DNA of 64,000 nt from Poseidonia sp. (lineage in GTDB: Archaea; Thermoplasmatota; Poseidoniia; Poseidoniales; Poseidoniaceae). Both the position numbers and the translations under genes were made by a program. The first letter of the stretch is position 1. Every line of letters begins with the position of its first letter. The stretch lies in assembly GCA_038124565.1 (NCBI GenBank), contig JAYPCE010000001.1, positions 47,981 to 111,980 on the forward strand, given 5' to 3'. Shown here piece after piece: positions 9,344 through 19,220 of the stretch. The notes below the pieces were generated by a model. That model ran no database searches and was not told the origin of the DNA. It saw nothing but the letters and a program-made list of their open reading frames with translations.

Positions 9344-11965
9344 TTGAACCGCTGGCCAGAATGTGCATGTATGGAGGCCAGTCAACGTCAGGTTTCAGCG
9401 TTGAACCTGCCTCCAAGGTTGTTGCGATTTTTCAAGGACGAGTGGGGAATATCAACCCTCCATCCGCCGCAGGCTGAAGCGATTCCCAGCATTTTGGAGG
9501 GTCGCAACACACTGGTTGCAATTCCAACCGCATCCGGCAAGTCGCTTCTTGCTTACATGGGAATGATCAAACGATTAAGTGAAGGACACGACCGTTCAAA
9601 AGCCATCTATATTGTTCCGCTGAAAGCCTTGGCGATGGAGAAGTACGAGGACCTCTCGGCTATTGGTAAGGCCCTCGGGCTCTCTGTAGGGTTGGGAATC
9701 GGGGACGCATCCTCAGAAGCAAAGAACATCAAAGAATGCAACCTCTTGGTGTGCACATCGGAAAAACTCGATTCACTGTTGCGACATCAACCTGAATTGG
9801 TCAGCGACCTATGCTGCGTTGTCGCCGATGAATTCCACTTGATGAACGATGCCACACGAGGGCCAACCCTTGAAGTGAACCTTACTCGGCTTCGCCACAT
9901 CAAACCCGAAGCCCAACTGATTGCCCTTTCTGCGACGGTAGGAAACGCGCCTCAACTCGCAGCATGGTTGGATGCACAATTGGTGGTGTCTGACTGGCGA
10001 CCTGTGGCCTTGGAGTACGCCACCTTCCACGATTTCCATGTCGAGCCTCGAAAAGTTCAGACACCTGGAGATGAGGATGGCCCTGCTTCATTGAGTCCGC
10101 CTCGCCGACTTGAAGGCCTCAAAAGTCATCCAACTTGGAGTGTCGTGAGTGATGGGCTTGACCAAGAAAGTCAGGTGTTGATGTTTGTAGGTACGCGACG
10201 GAGTGCTCAATCTGAGGCAAACAATCTTGCGAAGCGTGTCAAGAAACGTCTGGCAGTGGAACAACCTCAACGTCTTGAACAACTGAAGGCTTTGGCCCAA
10301 AACTTGACGGGGAGAAACCAATCCAATCTTGCAGAACAACTGGCATCGTGCATAGAGGGAGGTGTTGGCTTTCATCATGCTGGACTGACCCACGCCCAAC
10401 GCAAAGAGGTTGAATCGGCCTTCAAGGAAGGACTCTTGGTGGCGCTTACAGCAACGCCGACCCTTGCCGCTGGTGTCAATCTGCCTGCACGGAGGGTTTT
10501 GGTTCGCGACCTCAAGCGATGGGATGACGGTATGAGTCGCCCGCTTCCCGTCATGGAAGTGCATCAGATGCTGGGGCGTGCAGGACGCCCGAAGTACGAT
10601 ACAAAAGGCGAGGCATGGGTGTATTGCAAAGGTACGGATGGCTGGGAAGTTGCCGATGCTGTATCAGATCGGTATTTTTTCGGCCCGATTGAAGACATCA
10701 CCTCAAAACTGGCCTCTGAGCCTGCCTTGAGAATGCACCTGTTGTCCAGCATCGCTACCGGTGGATTGGTGCATAAAGGGGAGCTTGAGGCGTTCTTTGG
10801 AGCGACATTTTTGGGGGCGACCATGCCGAAACACCAATTGAACGAACGTTTGATGACCGTGCTCAATTGGTTGGTTGAGGAACGCTTTGTCCGTCGATGC
10901 GGTCATGATGAACAGTACGCATCACGAGGTTCACACCAGACCCCTGCCGAGGAGGAAGAATGGGACGATACCATCCCTATTTGGGCCAGCAGTGCGTCAA
11001 CCACATGGGGTGTTGCATGGTCTCCTTCGTCACCTGGTGCCTCAAAACGTTCGTCTTCGCACGGCTTACCGACCTTTGGTTTCTCTCCGGCCTCAGCGCT
11101 CGACCGGCGTGCTGTTTCCTTCGACCCCGTGGCTGCCGATGGCCCGTCCATGCGCTATGAGGCAACCGCCATGGGGGAGCGGGTCACTCAATTGTATCTT
11201 GACCCACTCTCAGCATCCATCCTGCGGACAGGGCTGAGGAGGGCAGTTCGGCGTGCGGTCCGTGAAGATGGGCCAGTGACCGATTTTGGCCTTCTCCACT
11301 TAGCCGTCGCAACACCCGATTTCACATCTCTGTGGGCCAAAACGAGCGATATGGAGGCCAACTCACCGACATGGCTCAAAGCCAACGATTCGGAAGATGA
11401 ATTGTTGATTGAACCTGGCTACGCAGAGGCCATGCTCAGTGACATCAAAAGTGCCTGGATGGTGGAGGAGTGGACCGAAGAGACAACACTACGGGACCTT
11501 GAGAAGCAATTGGATGTCTCACCAGGCGATGTCCACCACCGGGTGGACTTGATGGGTTGGTTGCTGTCAGGTGCGCAACATGTGTTGTTGACAGATGATG
11601 TGTTTGCAGATGAACACATGGCTGTGGTGTCCACGCTTGTGCAGAAACTCAGCGTCCTCCAACAACGGGTTCGACACGGTTGTAAACCAGACCTGTTGCA
11701 GTTGGTGAACATTCGGCATGTGGGTCGTCAACGAGCACGTGAACTCGCTGCCTTGGGTCTGCGTGAACCAAACGATGTGTTGAATATCACGCCGTCAACC
11801 AAAATTAAGCTCTTAGCACAACGCGGCTGGGGTCCGCTTTTGCTGGACAAAATCCATGGCGAAATCAGCAGAATATTGAGACGTCAGAGCAATCAGACAA
11901 GTGCCGAACCATCGCTTCGTGTTGACGATGCACCGTTGGATGGGGAACGTTTTGACGACCTTTGA
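9344..11965 (+). CDS. hel308: Hel308/Ski2-like DNA helicase
   Basis: 873 aa with PPQAEAI...AIPTASGKSLLAYM (motif I), VVADEFHLM (motif II), LSATVGN, GFHHAGL, TPTLAAGVNLPARRVLV and QMLGRAGRP (motif VI), plus a C-terminal helix-hairpin-helix region (IRHVGRQRARELAALGL). The track start is TTG at 9344; ATG at 9371 is an alternative. Confidence 0.9.
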   Translation: MNRWPECACMEASQRQVSALNLPPRLLRFFKDEWGISTLHPPQAEAIPSILEGRNTLVAIPTASGKSLLAYMGMIKRLSEGHDRSKAIYIVPLKALAMEKYEDLSAIGKALGLSVGLGIGDASSEAKNIKECNLLVCTSEKLDSLLRHQPELVSDLCCVVADEFHLMNDATRGPTLEVNLTRLRHIKPEAQLIALSATVGNAPQLAAWLDAQLVVSDWRPVALEYATFHDFHVEPRKVQTPGDEDGPASLSPPRRLEGLKSHPTWSVVSDGLDQESQVLMFVGTRRSAQSEANNLAKRVKKRLAVEQPQRLEQLKALAQNLTGRNQSNLAEQLASCIEGGVGFHHAGLTHAQRKEVESAFKEGLLVALTATPTLAAGVNLPARRVLVRDLKRWDDGMSRPLPVMEVHQMLGRAGRPKYDTKGEAWVYCKGTDGWEVADAVSDRYFFGPIEDITSKLASEPALRMHLLSSIATGGLVHKGELEAFFGATFLGATMPKHQLNERLMTVLNWLVEERFVRRCGHDEQYASRGSHQTPAEEEEWDDTIPIWASSASTTWGVAWSPSSPGASKRSSSHGLPTFGFSPASALDRRAVSFDPVAADGPSMRYEATAMGERVTQLYLDPLSASILRTGLRRAVRRAVREDGPVTDFGLLHLAVATPDFTSLWAKTSDMEANSPTWLKANDSEDELLIEPGYAEAMLSDIKSAWMVEEWTEETTLRDLEKQLDVSPGDVHHRVDLMGWLLSGAQHVLLTDDVFADEHMAVVSTLVQKLSVLQQRVRHGCKPDLLQLVNIRHVGRQRARELAALGLREPNDVLNITPSTKIKLLAQRGWGPLLLDKIHGEISRILRRQSNQTSAEPSLRVDDAPLDGERFDDL

Positions 11966-11975
11966 AAAGCCGTGA

Positions 11976-12557
11976 ATGGTTGGGTTGAGCATGGACCAGC
12001 CCGTTTTCCCCTGTATCGCTGTATCGTTAAGTGGGGACATGCAAGCATCACCAATTGAAGCGTTCCTTAAGCATCGTCCGAATGAACGCTGGGTGTTGTT
12101 AGGGCAACATGCTGTGCAATCGACAGACCAACTGTGGACGGCTTGGATTCAAGCCGCACGCAATGAATTACGCCAAGCGATGGTCGCTCGAAGTATTGAT
12201 GCTGAATTTCTTCGTTACCTTGCGGGAACACACCACATCTCAGAGGCGTTTGCTCGTGCAGGTTGGCAGTCTGGACAAACATCTGCATGGATCGTCTTCC
12301 TCTGTGAAGCCGAGGGCCTCGCCAACGACCTTGGCCATCTCCAACCTATTTCCCTGCCTTACGAGGCCTTTCACGAGCAATCCCAAGCCCTTCTTTCAAC
12401 CTTAGATTGGGCCGAAATTCAAAGCGAAGTAATTCATTCTATAGAGGGGATGTCGACGCTTGGCATCGATGTGGAGGGTTGGCCTGATGAACGTCTCCAC
12501 GAAGCCCTCATCGCTCATATCTTGATGGCCGATGACCAGAGTTCATCCCACCGATAA
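11976..12557 (+). CDS. cgi121: Cgi121-like KEOPS subunit (tentative)
   Basis: 193 aa. The central ARSIDAEFLRYLAGTHHISEAFARAGW...AWIVFLCEAEG resembles the archaeal Cgi121 core (A.S...E.L.r.sG.rqI.eAi...G), and the C-terminal helix EALIAHILMAD also fits. By-eye similarity only; the start is uncertain (ATG at 11991 or 12039). Confidence 0.5.
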   Translation: MVGLSMDQPVFPCIAVSLSGDMQASPIEAFLKHRPNERWVLLGQHAVQSTDQLWTAWIQAARNELRQAMVARSIDAEFLRYLAGTHHISEAFARAGWQSGQTSAWIVFLCEAEGLANDLGHLQPISLPYEAFHEQSQALLSTLDWAEIQSEVIHSIEGMSTLGIDVEGWPDERLHEALIAHILMADDQSSSHR

Positions 12558-12589
12558 GGGGAGGGTTCAAAGGCTACCGCTCGGTCCTT

Positions 12590-14038
12590 TTGCTCATGGT
12601 GATGGCAGCCAAGCAAGGTGATGGCTTCATGCCCACTTCTGGGCGATATTTGGACCAAGAGAAAGTACGAACTGTACTGGATTCCGCTCACGATTTTGGA
12701 GCGACATACGCCGAAGTTCGTGTCGTTGCACTTACGGAATCAACCGTGGCGATGCGCGATGGGGTCCTTGAGCGAGCGATTCCCGGCCAAGAACTTGGCA
12801 TGACGCTTCGTGTTCTCGCAGATGGTGCTTGGGGGGTTCATTCCACGACGGACCTAGCTTCGTTACCCGACCAAATTGAGTCCACCACGAGGCTAGCAAA
12901 AGCCGTCGCTAAGCGACGCGCTCAAGGTGAACGGGCCATTGGTTTGGCTGAGGTACCTATCTTTGAAGACGAGCACCATTGGCGTTCGGTCTTGGATGTA
13001 CGCCATACAGACCTGGACACCAAAATGGAACTGATGAATGACCTGCATCGCGGCGCTACTGGTCACGATGACATCGTTTCGGTTCGAACGGGTTGGAGCG
13101 ATGAACACCTTCACACCGAGTTAATGACATCGGAGGGCATGGACCGTGTTTGGTCGTTTCAACGTTCGCTGGTGCACGGCATGGTCACGGCCCGCCGTGA
13201 CGGCGAAGTGGTGTCGTATCGTACACGGCACGGTGGACAAGGCGGCCTCGAAGTGATTCAAGCCTGCGATTTGGTTGAGTTAGGCGAACAAGCTCAACGT
13301 GCGGCCCTCCGCTTGCTTGGTGCTGAGCGTGCCCCCTCTGGGAAATTGCCTTTGATCGCTGACCGAGACCTGACAGGGGTCTACATTCACGAAGCCCTCG
13401 GCCATCCTTGTGAGGCCGATTTGGTCGCAGCCGGCGATTCATGTTTGGATGGCAAAATGGGCCAGCAAATTGGCAATGAACTGGTTACGGTTGTCGATGA
13501 CCCTACCATGAAAGGAGGCTATGGAGCGTATCCCATTGATGACGAAGGCGTGAACACCCGAGAAAAGGTCCTCATCAAGGATGGGATACTCACGGAGTAT
13601 CTGAATCATCGCGAAACAGCACACCACTTCGGCGTTGACCCGAACGGAGGGGCTCGAGCGCAAGATGGCTTGCATCACCCCCTGGTGCGCATGTCCAATA
13701 CGATGATTCAAGGTGGGAAACACGCCGATATGGACGAATTGATGGAAGATATCGCCTACGGCGTCTATGCCTGCGGTACGCGAGGCGGTCAAGTTGATAC
13801 GGGCCGTGGTTCGTTCCAATTCGCCGCACAAGAAGCATGGCTCATCGAAAACGGTGAATTAACTCGCCCGCTCAAGGACGTCAGCGTGAGTGGCTTAACC
13901 CTTCAAATTCTGAAAAACGTGGACGGCTTAACCCGTGATGCCGCCCTTGCCTCACCCGGTTTTTGTGGTAAAGGTCAAACGGTTCCAGTGGGCGATGGCG
14001 GCCCAGTCATGCGCATTCGTGAAGCCTTGGTGGGATGA
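12590..14038 (+). CDS. tldD: TldD-family metalloprotease
   Basis: 482 aa with the HEALGHPCEADL metal-binding motif and the TldD/PmbA-fold C-terminal region (GGQVDTGRGSFQFAAQEAWLIENGE). Overlaps pmbA by 4 nt. Confidence 0.88.
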   Translation: MLMVMAAKQGDGFMPTSGRYLDQEKVRTVLDSAHDFGATYAEVRVVALTESTVAMRDGVLERAIPGQELGMTLRVLADGAWGVHSTTDLASLPDQIESTTRLAKAVAKRRAQGERAIGLAEVPIFEDEHHWRSVLDVRHTDLDTKMELMNDLHRGATGHDDIVSVRTGWSDEHLHTELMTSEGMDRVWSFQRSLVHGMVTARRDGEVVSYRTRHGGQGGLEVIQACDLVELGEQAQRAALRLLGAERAPSGKLPLIADRDLTGVYIHEALGHPCEADLVAAGDSCLDGKMGQQIGNELVTVVDDPTMKGGYGAYPIDDEGVNTREKVLIKDGILTEYLNHRETAHHFGVDPNGGARAQDGLHHPLVRMSNTMIQGGKHADMDELMEDIAYGVYACGTRGGQVDTGRGSFQFAAQEAWLIENGELTRPLKDVSVSGLTLQILKNVDGLTRDAALASPGFCGKGQTVPVGDGGPVMRIREALVG

Positions 14039-15444
14039 ACATGCTGCCTGAAGGTGCTGAAGACCGCCTCTTGGCGAACGCCCAACTCCTTGCCGATGCT
14101 TGTCGTGCGAGTGGGGTTCAGCAATGGGATTTGGTTGGATTTCAGTCCTATGGTCATGAATTGGACATCGAAGCAGGCAAAATCACGATGGCTGCTGGAG
14201 GTGGAGAAGGCGGTTTTGGCGTCCGTGTTGTTGACCAAGGAAGGTTTGGCTTTGCTCACTTGGTCGATGTCAGTGGTGCAGAGCGTGCCGTTGAGCAAGC
14301 GCTGGCCATCGCCAACAAATCCCCTGCCGTAGAAGGCTTCGTTCTTCCATCAGAACAACCAGCGGCTGAAGTTTCAGGACGCTTTGACCGGGGCCTGCTT
14401 GACCTTCAACCCGAAGATTTGCTTGAACAAGCCGACACCATCCTTGCTGAAGTGCAGAGTTTGGATGCTCGCGCTGTGGTCACAGGTGGTGGTGTTGGCG
14501 TTTCTGCTACCGCTTCGTGCCTGATGAACAGCGAAGGCATCCTTTCAGCCGGCATGACGACTTCGCACGGCATCGGTCTCCAAGTCTCCATTGAAGTCGA
14601 TGGAGAGTTGACCAGTTCCTACCAAGGTGATTCCAGCCGTACGCGTCTTGCCGATGTGCCTTCGTGCGTGGGTCGGGCTGTGCACTGGGCTCAAATCACC
14701 CAACAGACTGTTGAGGTGGAAAGCCAAGCCGTTGATACCCCGGTCTTATTCACCAGTGAAGGCTTCTCTCCGCTGTTTTCTATGGTGGTCCCACCTGCGA
14801 TGACGGGAGAAAAAATGGTGCGAAATGAATCGTTTTGGTCAGAGAAGTTTGGCGAAGTCGTGATCAATCCCGCTCTTTCCATCAGCGATAATGGGCTCCT
14901 TTCTGGAGGCATGTCCTCAGGCTCAAGGGATGCTGAAGGCGTCCCTCGCCGGCAACAGCTGCTCATCGAATCAGGACGGTTGACCAATATGCTGTGGTCC
15001 ACCCGGGACGCTGCACAACAGGTGGCCGAGGGGCGCATCGAAGAGGCCTCTTCCACCGGGTCAGCCTCAAGTGGTGGGCATCAGTCTCCACCCTCAACAG
15101 GATGCACGGAATTGTTTTTGACCAGCCAAGACAGTTCAAGGGATTGGGAGCAGTTGCTTGCGACCATGGAGCATGGGTTCGTGGTGAACAGTGTGATGGG
15201 CGCTCATACAGCGAATCCCAGCAGCGGTGATTTTTCCGTCACCACCAGTTCAATTTTGAGAGTTGAGAACGGCGAAGTGATTGGGGCGTTGAAGCAGGCC
15301 GGATTGTCAGGAAATCTGGCCAAAGCCTTGAACCAAGATGTCCACCTTGGCTCCGATGTTCGACGCCAAGGCTCCTACTCAACCGGCAGCATGCATTTGC
15401 CCGATGTGTTGTTGATGAACGGTTTGCGTGTGAACCCTGCTTGA
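14035..15444 (+). CDS. pmbA: PmbA/TldE-family protein (TldD partner)
   Basis: 469 aa with GFGVRVVDQGRFGFA and VMGAHTANPSSGDFSV, typical of PmbA/TldE. It lacks the HExxxH motif. The ATGA overlap with tldD indicates translational coupling. Confidence 0.85.
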   Translation: MNMLPEGAEDRLLANAQLLADACRASGVQQWDLVGFQSYGHELDIEAGKITMAAGGGEGGFGVRVVDQGRFGFAHLVDVSGAERAVEQALAIANKSPAVEGFVLPSEQPAAEVSGRFDRGLLDLQPEDLLEQADTILAEVQSLDARAVVTGGGVGVSATASCLMNSEGILSAGMTTSHGIGLQVSIEVDGELTSSYQGDSSRTRLADVPSCVGRAVHWAQITQQTVEVESQAVDTPVLFTSEGFSPLFSMVVPPAMTGEKMVRNESFWSEKFGEVVINPALSISDNGLLSGGMSSGSRDAEGVPRRQQLLIESGRLTNMLWSTRDAAQQVAEGRIEEASSTGSASSGGHQSPPSTGCTELFLTSQDSSRDWEQLLATMEHGFVVNSVMGAHTANPSSGDFSVTTSSILRVENGEVIGALKQAGLSGNLAKALNQDVHLGSDVRRQGSYSTGSMHLPDVLLMNGLRVNPA

Positions 15445-15605
15445 AACACCCAAGACGACCTTAGGCATTCTTTATCATCTGTCGTCGGCAGTGAGGTGAC
15501 CCATGGAGGTCAAGGGAGTGTCCAAACTAAACCAACCCGCACGAAAGCCCGCCGCCTGTACTCCAAACAGGCCACGAAGAACAGCGTCTGTTGGAGGTTC
15601 GTTGC

Positions 15606-17291
15606 ATGGCTGATGGAAAGTATGCAGATTATATCGAGGCTATTCTAAAGGAATGTCCTGATGCTGACGAAAGCGAAGTGGCGGAAGCCTTTGCAAAGTA
15701 CGAGGAGGAATTTTACATTCCACCTCAAGATGCCATGCGATCCGTTCTGCGCCGATTCAAGAGCGGGACATCACCAGGCCCAACGACATCGAGCGACAGA
15801 GCACCTCGCCAAACAAAGAAAGTTGCTGCCCTGTCAGAATTAACAGGGACCGATAAGGATGTAGAACTTGAAGTCGCTATTATCACTCACAATGTGCGTG
15901 ACCAGACGATACGAGGCGAAGAGAAACAAGTTGCGTTCGGCATGTTGGAGGACAATCCATGGGAAGAAAACGGCCAGAGAACTCGTTGGGATTACAAGGA
16001 CTGGGGGCCTCATGCGAATCTTGCCGCCGGAAGCATCGTACGGATTGAAGGAGCCAGCGTCAACGAGTACAACGGCAAAATGTCGTTGAACATCAATCAA
16101 TCAACGCGCATTGTCGTACTGAAAGAAGGCGTTGCAACTGTACCCGCATCCAACGATCCATTGGACATTGACCAATTGCCTTCTGACGGCTATGTTTGCG
16201 TTGTCGGCAGGGTGTTGGCGTTACGCCCGGACCAAATTCACCGCAAGGATGGGTCGGGTTCCATCGACGTTGTTCGTGGTCGCATCGCTGATGATTCAGG
16301 CACGATTGGTTTCCTCTCTTGGGAACCTTTTGAGCATGAGATTGGGACGTTGCTCAAAATCGACGGTGCCCAAGTGCGAAGTTTTCGTAACACACCTGAA
16401 TTGAACTTTGGAAGAACCACACGCATTGAACTGTTCCACGATGCGAGCTTTGCGGATTTGGATTCACTTTCTGCTCGGACAAATGTCACCATTTCCGAAC
16501 TCACCGACGGAGCACGAGATGTGGACGCCGTTGTGAACATCACTGAAATGGTTCAACGCACCTTCGAACGAGACGGTGAGGAGAAATTTCTCTGGTCTGG
16601 ACAAATCGCTGACCCAACTGGCCGATGTCGTATCAGTCTGTGGGATTCGCTGCCATTTGAGATTGCGGATCTCCCCGTTACGGTTCAAATTAAAGGAGCA
16701 CGAGTTCGTGCATGGCAGGGTATCCCCGACATTACCGTAGACCAAGCGGAACAGCTTGAGGTTCTGGAAGAACCACCATGGGATGCTTCCATGGATTTGA
16801 CCAATCATTCTGTTTCGGTGCCTTTGGCTGAACTTGTGACAGGGGCCAGTCGAGTCGGCATTGAGACAAGCGGCATGGTGGTCAGTGTCCGAGATGACTC
16901 CGGTTACATCATGCGTTGCACTGAATGTCGGCGTGTGTTACGGGATGGGGCCTGCTATGAACACGGTTCAAACGATGGAGATGAAGACATTCGTATTCGG
17001 CTTGTTGTCGATGACGATGGTGCTACGACGGCTGTCCTTGTCAACAAAGACGCCTCCCTGCAATCACTTGGAATGACGGACGAAGGTATGAAGTCAAGCG
17101 TAGAGGAACACGGCGACCTTGGGTTCGTTCAATTGGTTCGTGAAGCCCTGCTTGGGCGTACAGTCCAGGTTTCAGGACGGACCATTGTCGATGAACAGGG
17201 GGCGATGATCCTCGCTGAAGGCTTGGTCGTGACCGAGCAAGATGCTCAGTTACGTGCAACCGAATTACGGGCACAGTGGGGGTGGGCCTGA
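15606..17291 (+). CDS. rpa: replication protein A (ssDNA-binding, multi-OB-fold with zinc finger)
   Basis: Repeated OB-fold-like segments plus CTECRRVLRDGACYEH, which matches the C-x2-C-x8-C-x2-H zinc finger of euryarchaeal RPA. ATG at 15606 is preferred over the track TTG at 15591 because GGAGGT at 15593-15598 lies 7 nt upstream. Confidence 0.85.
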   Translation: MADGKYADYIEAILKECPDADESEVAEAFAKYEEEFYIPPQDAMRSVLRRFKSGTSPGPTTSSDRAPRQTKKVAALSELTGTDKDVELEVAIITHNVRDQTIRGEEKQVAFGMLEDNPWEENGQRTRWDYKDWGPHANLAAGSIVRIEGASVNEYNGKMSLNINQSTRIVVLKEGVATVPASNDPLDIDQLPSDGYVCVVGRVLALRPDQIHRKDGSGSIDVVRGRIADDSGTIGFLSWEPFEHEIGTLLKIDGAQVRSFRNTPELNFGRTTRIELFHDASFADLDSLSARTNVTISELTDGARDVDAVVNITEMVQRTFERDGEEKFLWSGQIADPTGRCRISLWDSLPFEIADLPVTVQIKGARVRAWQGIPDITVDQAEQLEVLEEPPWDASMDLTNHSVSVPLAELVTGASRVGIETSGMVVSVRDDSGYIMRCTECRRVLRDGACYEHGSNDGDEDIRIRLVVDDDGATTAVLVNKDASLQSLGMTDEGMKSSVEEHGDLGFVQLVREALLGRTVQVSGRTIVDEQGAMILAEGLVVTEQDAQLRATELRAQWGWA

Positions 17292-18211
17292 TGGAGCGAG
17301 GACGTATCGTTCGGCAACCGGCCTATGTGTTATTGGCATCTGAATTCGGAAGCGCAACCCTACATGAGAAAGGGTCTGGGGAATACGACCCCTCGTTCAT
17401 TATCACGAAACTCGGCGCGAAGGTGAACCGCGTTGTCGCTGCGGGGTTGCTCGAGCGCCTTGAACAACGGGACACGAGCAACGGTTCGATGATGATTCAA
17501 GGGCAACTTCGCGACCCAACAGGCTTGCATTACTTCTCCATCGGCGAATACAACTCCGAAATGATGCGAGAACTTGCTCACCAATGGATGGAACGTCTAG
17601 AAGACGGTGAACCGTTGTTGGTCATGATGACGGCGAAAACACGCTGGTATCAAACCGATGAAGGCGCTGTGTACACCTCCCTTCGTCCAGAGGAAGCCTG
17701 TGTCATCTCCCGAGATGTCTATGCGAATTGGTTGTTGGATGCGTGTGAGAGCACCATGAAACGAATGCAGGCGCACACCGCGTCGTTGGAAATTGAGCCC
17801 ACCATGGAAGCGTATGCAAGGGCTGGGCTTCCCAGCAGCCTCGTTCTTGCTCGCAACCATTACGGCGAAGTGGATTTAGAACCATTCAAACTGAACTTGA
17901 TGCAAGCGCTTGATATTGCCGAAGGTCGCATTGAGGCCGCTACGACCGCCCCACCAATGATGTCCTTACCGAATACCGATGACGACGGTGGTGCTGTTGG
18001 CGAGCAAGCCGAAGGGTTGAGCGCCTTTCTCTTGCAAGCCATTGGTCAGTTGGATCAAGGAGAAGGGGTTGACTTTGATACGGTGTTGAAAAACGCAGTC
18101 GCCAGGGGGCATGTGCGTGAAGCAGCCGAAGCTGTTCTCGATGAATTGCTTGAATCAGGGCGTTTAGAAGAGCCCCGTTTCGGGTGGTTCAGGATTGCCT
18201 CCGTCGATTAA
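17291..18211 (+). CDS. RPA-associated OB-fold protein (COG3390-like) with C-terminal winged-helix
   Basis: MERGRIVRQPAYVLLASEFGSAT...FIITKLGAKVNRVVAAGLL is an OB-fold N-terminus like the RPA-associated proteins encoded next to rpa in euryarchaea. The C-terminus GVDFDTVLKNAVARGHVREAAEAVLDELLESGRLEEPRFGWFRI is winged-helix-like. ATG at 17291 shares one base with the rpa TGA stop. Confidence 0.65.
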   Translation: MERGRIVRQPAYVLLASEFGSATLHEKGSGEYDPSFIITKLGAKVNRVVAAGLLERLEQRDTSNGSMMIQGQLRDPTGLHYFSIGEYNSEMMRELAHQWMERLEDGEPLLVMMTAKTRWYQTDEGAVYTSLRPEEACVISRDVYANWLLDACESTMKRMQAHTASLEIEPTMEAYARAGLPSSLVLARNHYGEVDLEPFKLNLMQALDIAEGRIEAATTAPPMMSLPNTDDDGGAVGEQAEGLSAFLLQAIGQLDQGEGVDFDTVLKNAVARGHVREAAEAVLDELLESGRLEEPRFGWFRIASVD

Positions 18212-18266
18212 ATTGGTCCAACACATTGAAGGCCTTCTCGTGCTGTGGAAGCCATAGGGGTCAAGC

Positions 18267-18620
18267 ATGGCTGGAATGGATTTCTTTATTCGTCCCGCGA
18301 CAGGGACATCAAGTTCTGACTGGGTCCGCATTGCAAATGCAGACATGAAGGTTCGAATGACGCGTCGTTTGACACGCACGGTAGTGCGAGGTCAAGAAGG
18401 CGATGATTTGCATGATGAAGGGGCCGAGTCCACGGTTTACACCGTACGCGGAGAAATGAACCTGGATGAGTACAAACGCATTGTGGCCATGTTCCGAACT
18501 GGTCAACCCTACATTCATGACCCGTTTGAAGAGCGTGATGTCAAGGTGATTTTTGCCGTGATGGAATACGACAGTGCCAACGAAAGTTTCCACTTTGAGT
18601 TGCTTGAAGACGTTATTTGA
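18267..18620 (+). CDS. hypothetical 117-aa soluble protein, first gene of the pilus-like operon
   Basis: ORF ends 9 nt before the first T2SS-F gene. It has no hydrophobic N-terminus and no recognisable motif. Confidence 0.5.
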   Translation: MAGMDFFIRPATGTSSSDWVRIANADMKVRMTRRLTRTVVRGQEGDDLHDEGAESTVYTVRGEMNLDEYKRIVAMFRTGQPYIHDPFEERDVKVIFAVMEYDSANESFHFELLEDVI

Positions 18621-18629
18621 GGTGATGCA

Positions 18630-19211
18630 ATGCGCAAGCTGGAGGAAAAGCGCGAACTCCTCTATGTGATACGCACCATGGATGTGCTGATGTCTTCTGG
18701 TGTTGGTCTAGAGGCCGCTCTGCACACCATTGGTCGTGGTGGGTATGGCATCATTTCCGATGATTTCTCGGCCATGATGATTCGCCTCCGCAAAGGAACA
18801 TCAAAAGGACTCGACCGAGAGCTGAAAGATTTGGGAAAGGTTGCTGAATCTGCAGGGTACAAACGGTTGCTGAACACGCTCTACACCAACGTTACGCAAA
18901 ACACCGATTTGGTGGAGACGCTCAAGAAGCAAGGCGCTCGAATGGAAGAGGAGCGCAGTGACGAGGTCGAAAAATACATTGAAGAATTGGGAGGTGTTCC
19001 TGAGACCTTGCTCTCAATCGGTATGATTGGTCCCATTATTCTCGCTATCGTTGGCCTCGTTCCACAGTTGATGTCTGGCGATTTGGGTGCCTTCATGTCG
19101 CTTCCTGACCCGGGCGTCATCAACGCTGTGGTAAACATGGGTCTGTTGATGACGCTTGTTGGAATGGCTCTAATTGGACTTAAGGCCCACACGAAGGACC
19201 CGGGGTTGTGA
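18630..19211 (+). CDS. type IV filament platform protein, half-size T2SS-F domain (EpdJ/TadB-like)
   Basis: 193 aa with one T2SS-F-type domain: cytoplasmic helical bundle LLYVIRTMDVLMSSGVGLEAALHTIG, then TM helices LLSIGMIGPIILAIVGLVPQL and VVNMGLLMTLVGMALIGL. GAGGTGA lies 4 nt upstream of the ATG. Confidence 0.7.
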   Translation: MRKLEEKRELLYVIRTMDVLMSSGVGLEAALHTIGRGGYGIISDDFSAMMIRLRKGTSKGLDRELKDLGKVAESAGYKRLLNTLYTNVTQNTDLVETLKKQGARMEEERSDEVEKYIEELGGVPETLLSIGMIGPIILAIVGLVPQLMSGDLGAFMSLPDPGVINAVVNMGLLMTLVGMALIGLKAHTKDPGL

Positions 19212-19220
19212 GGTGTTACG

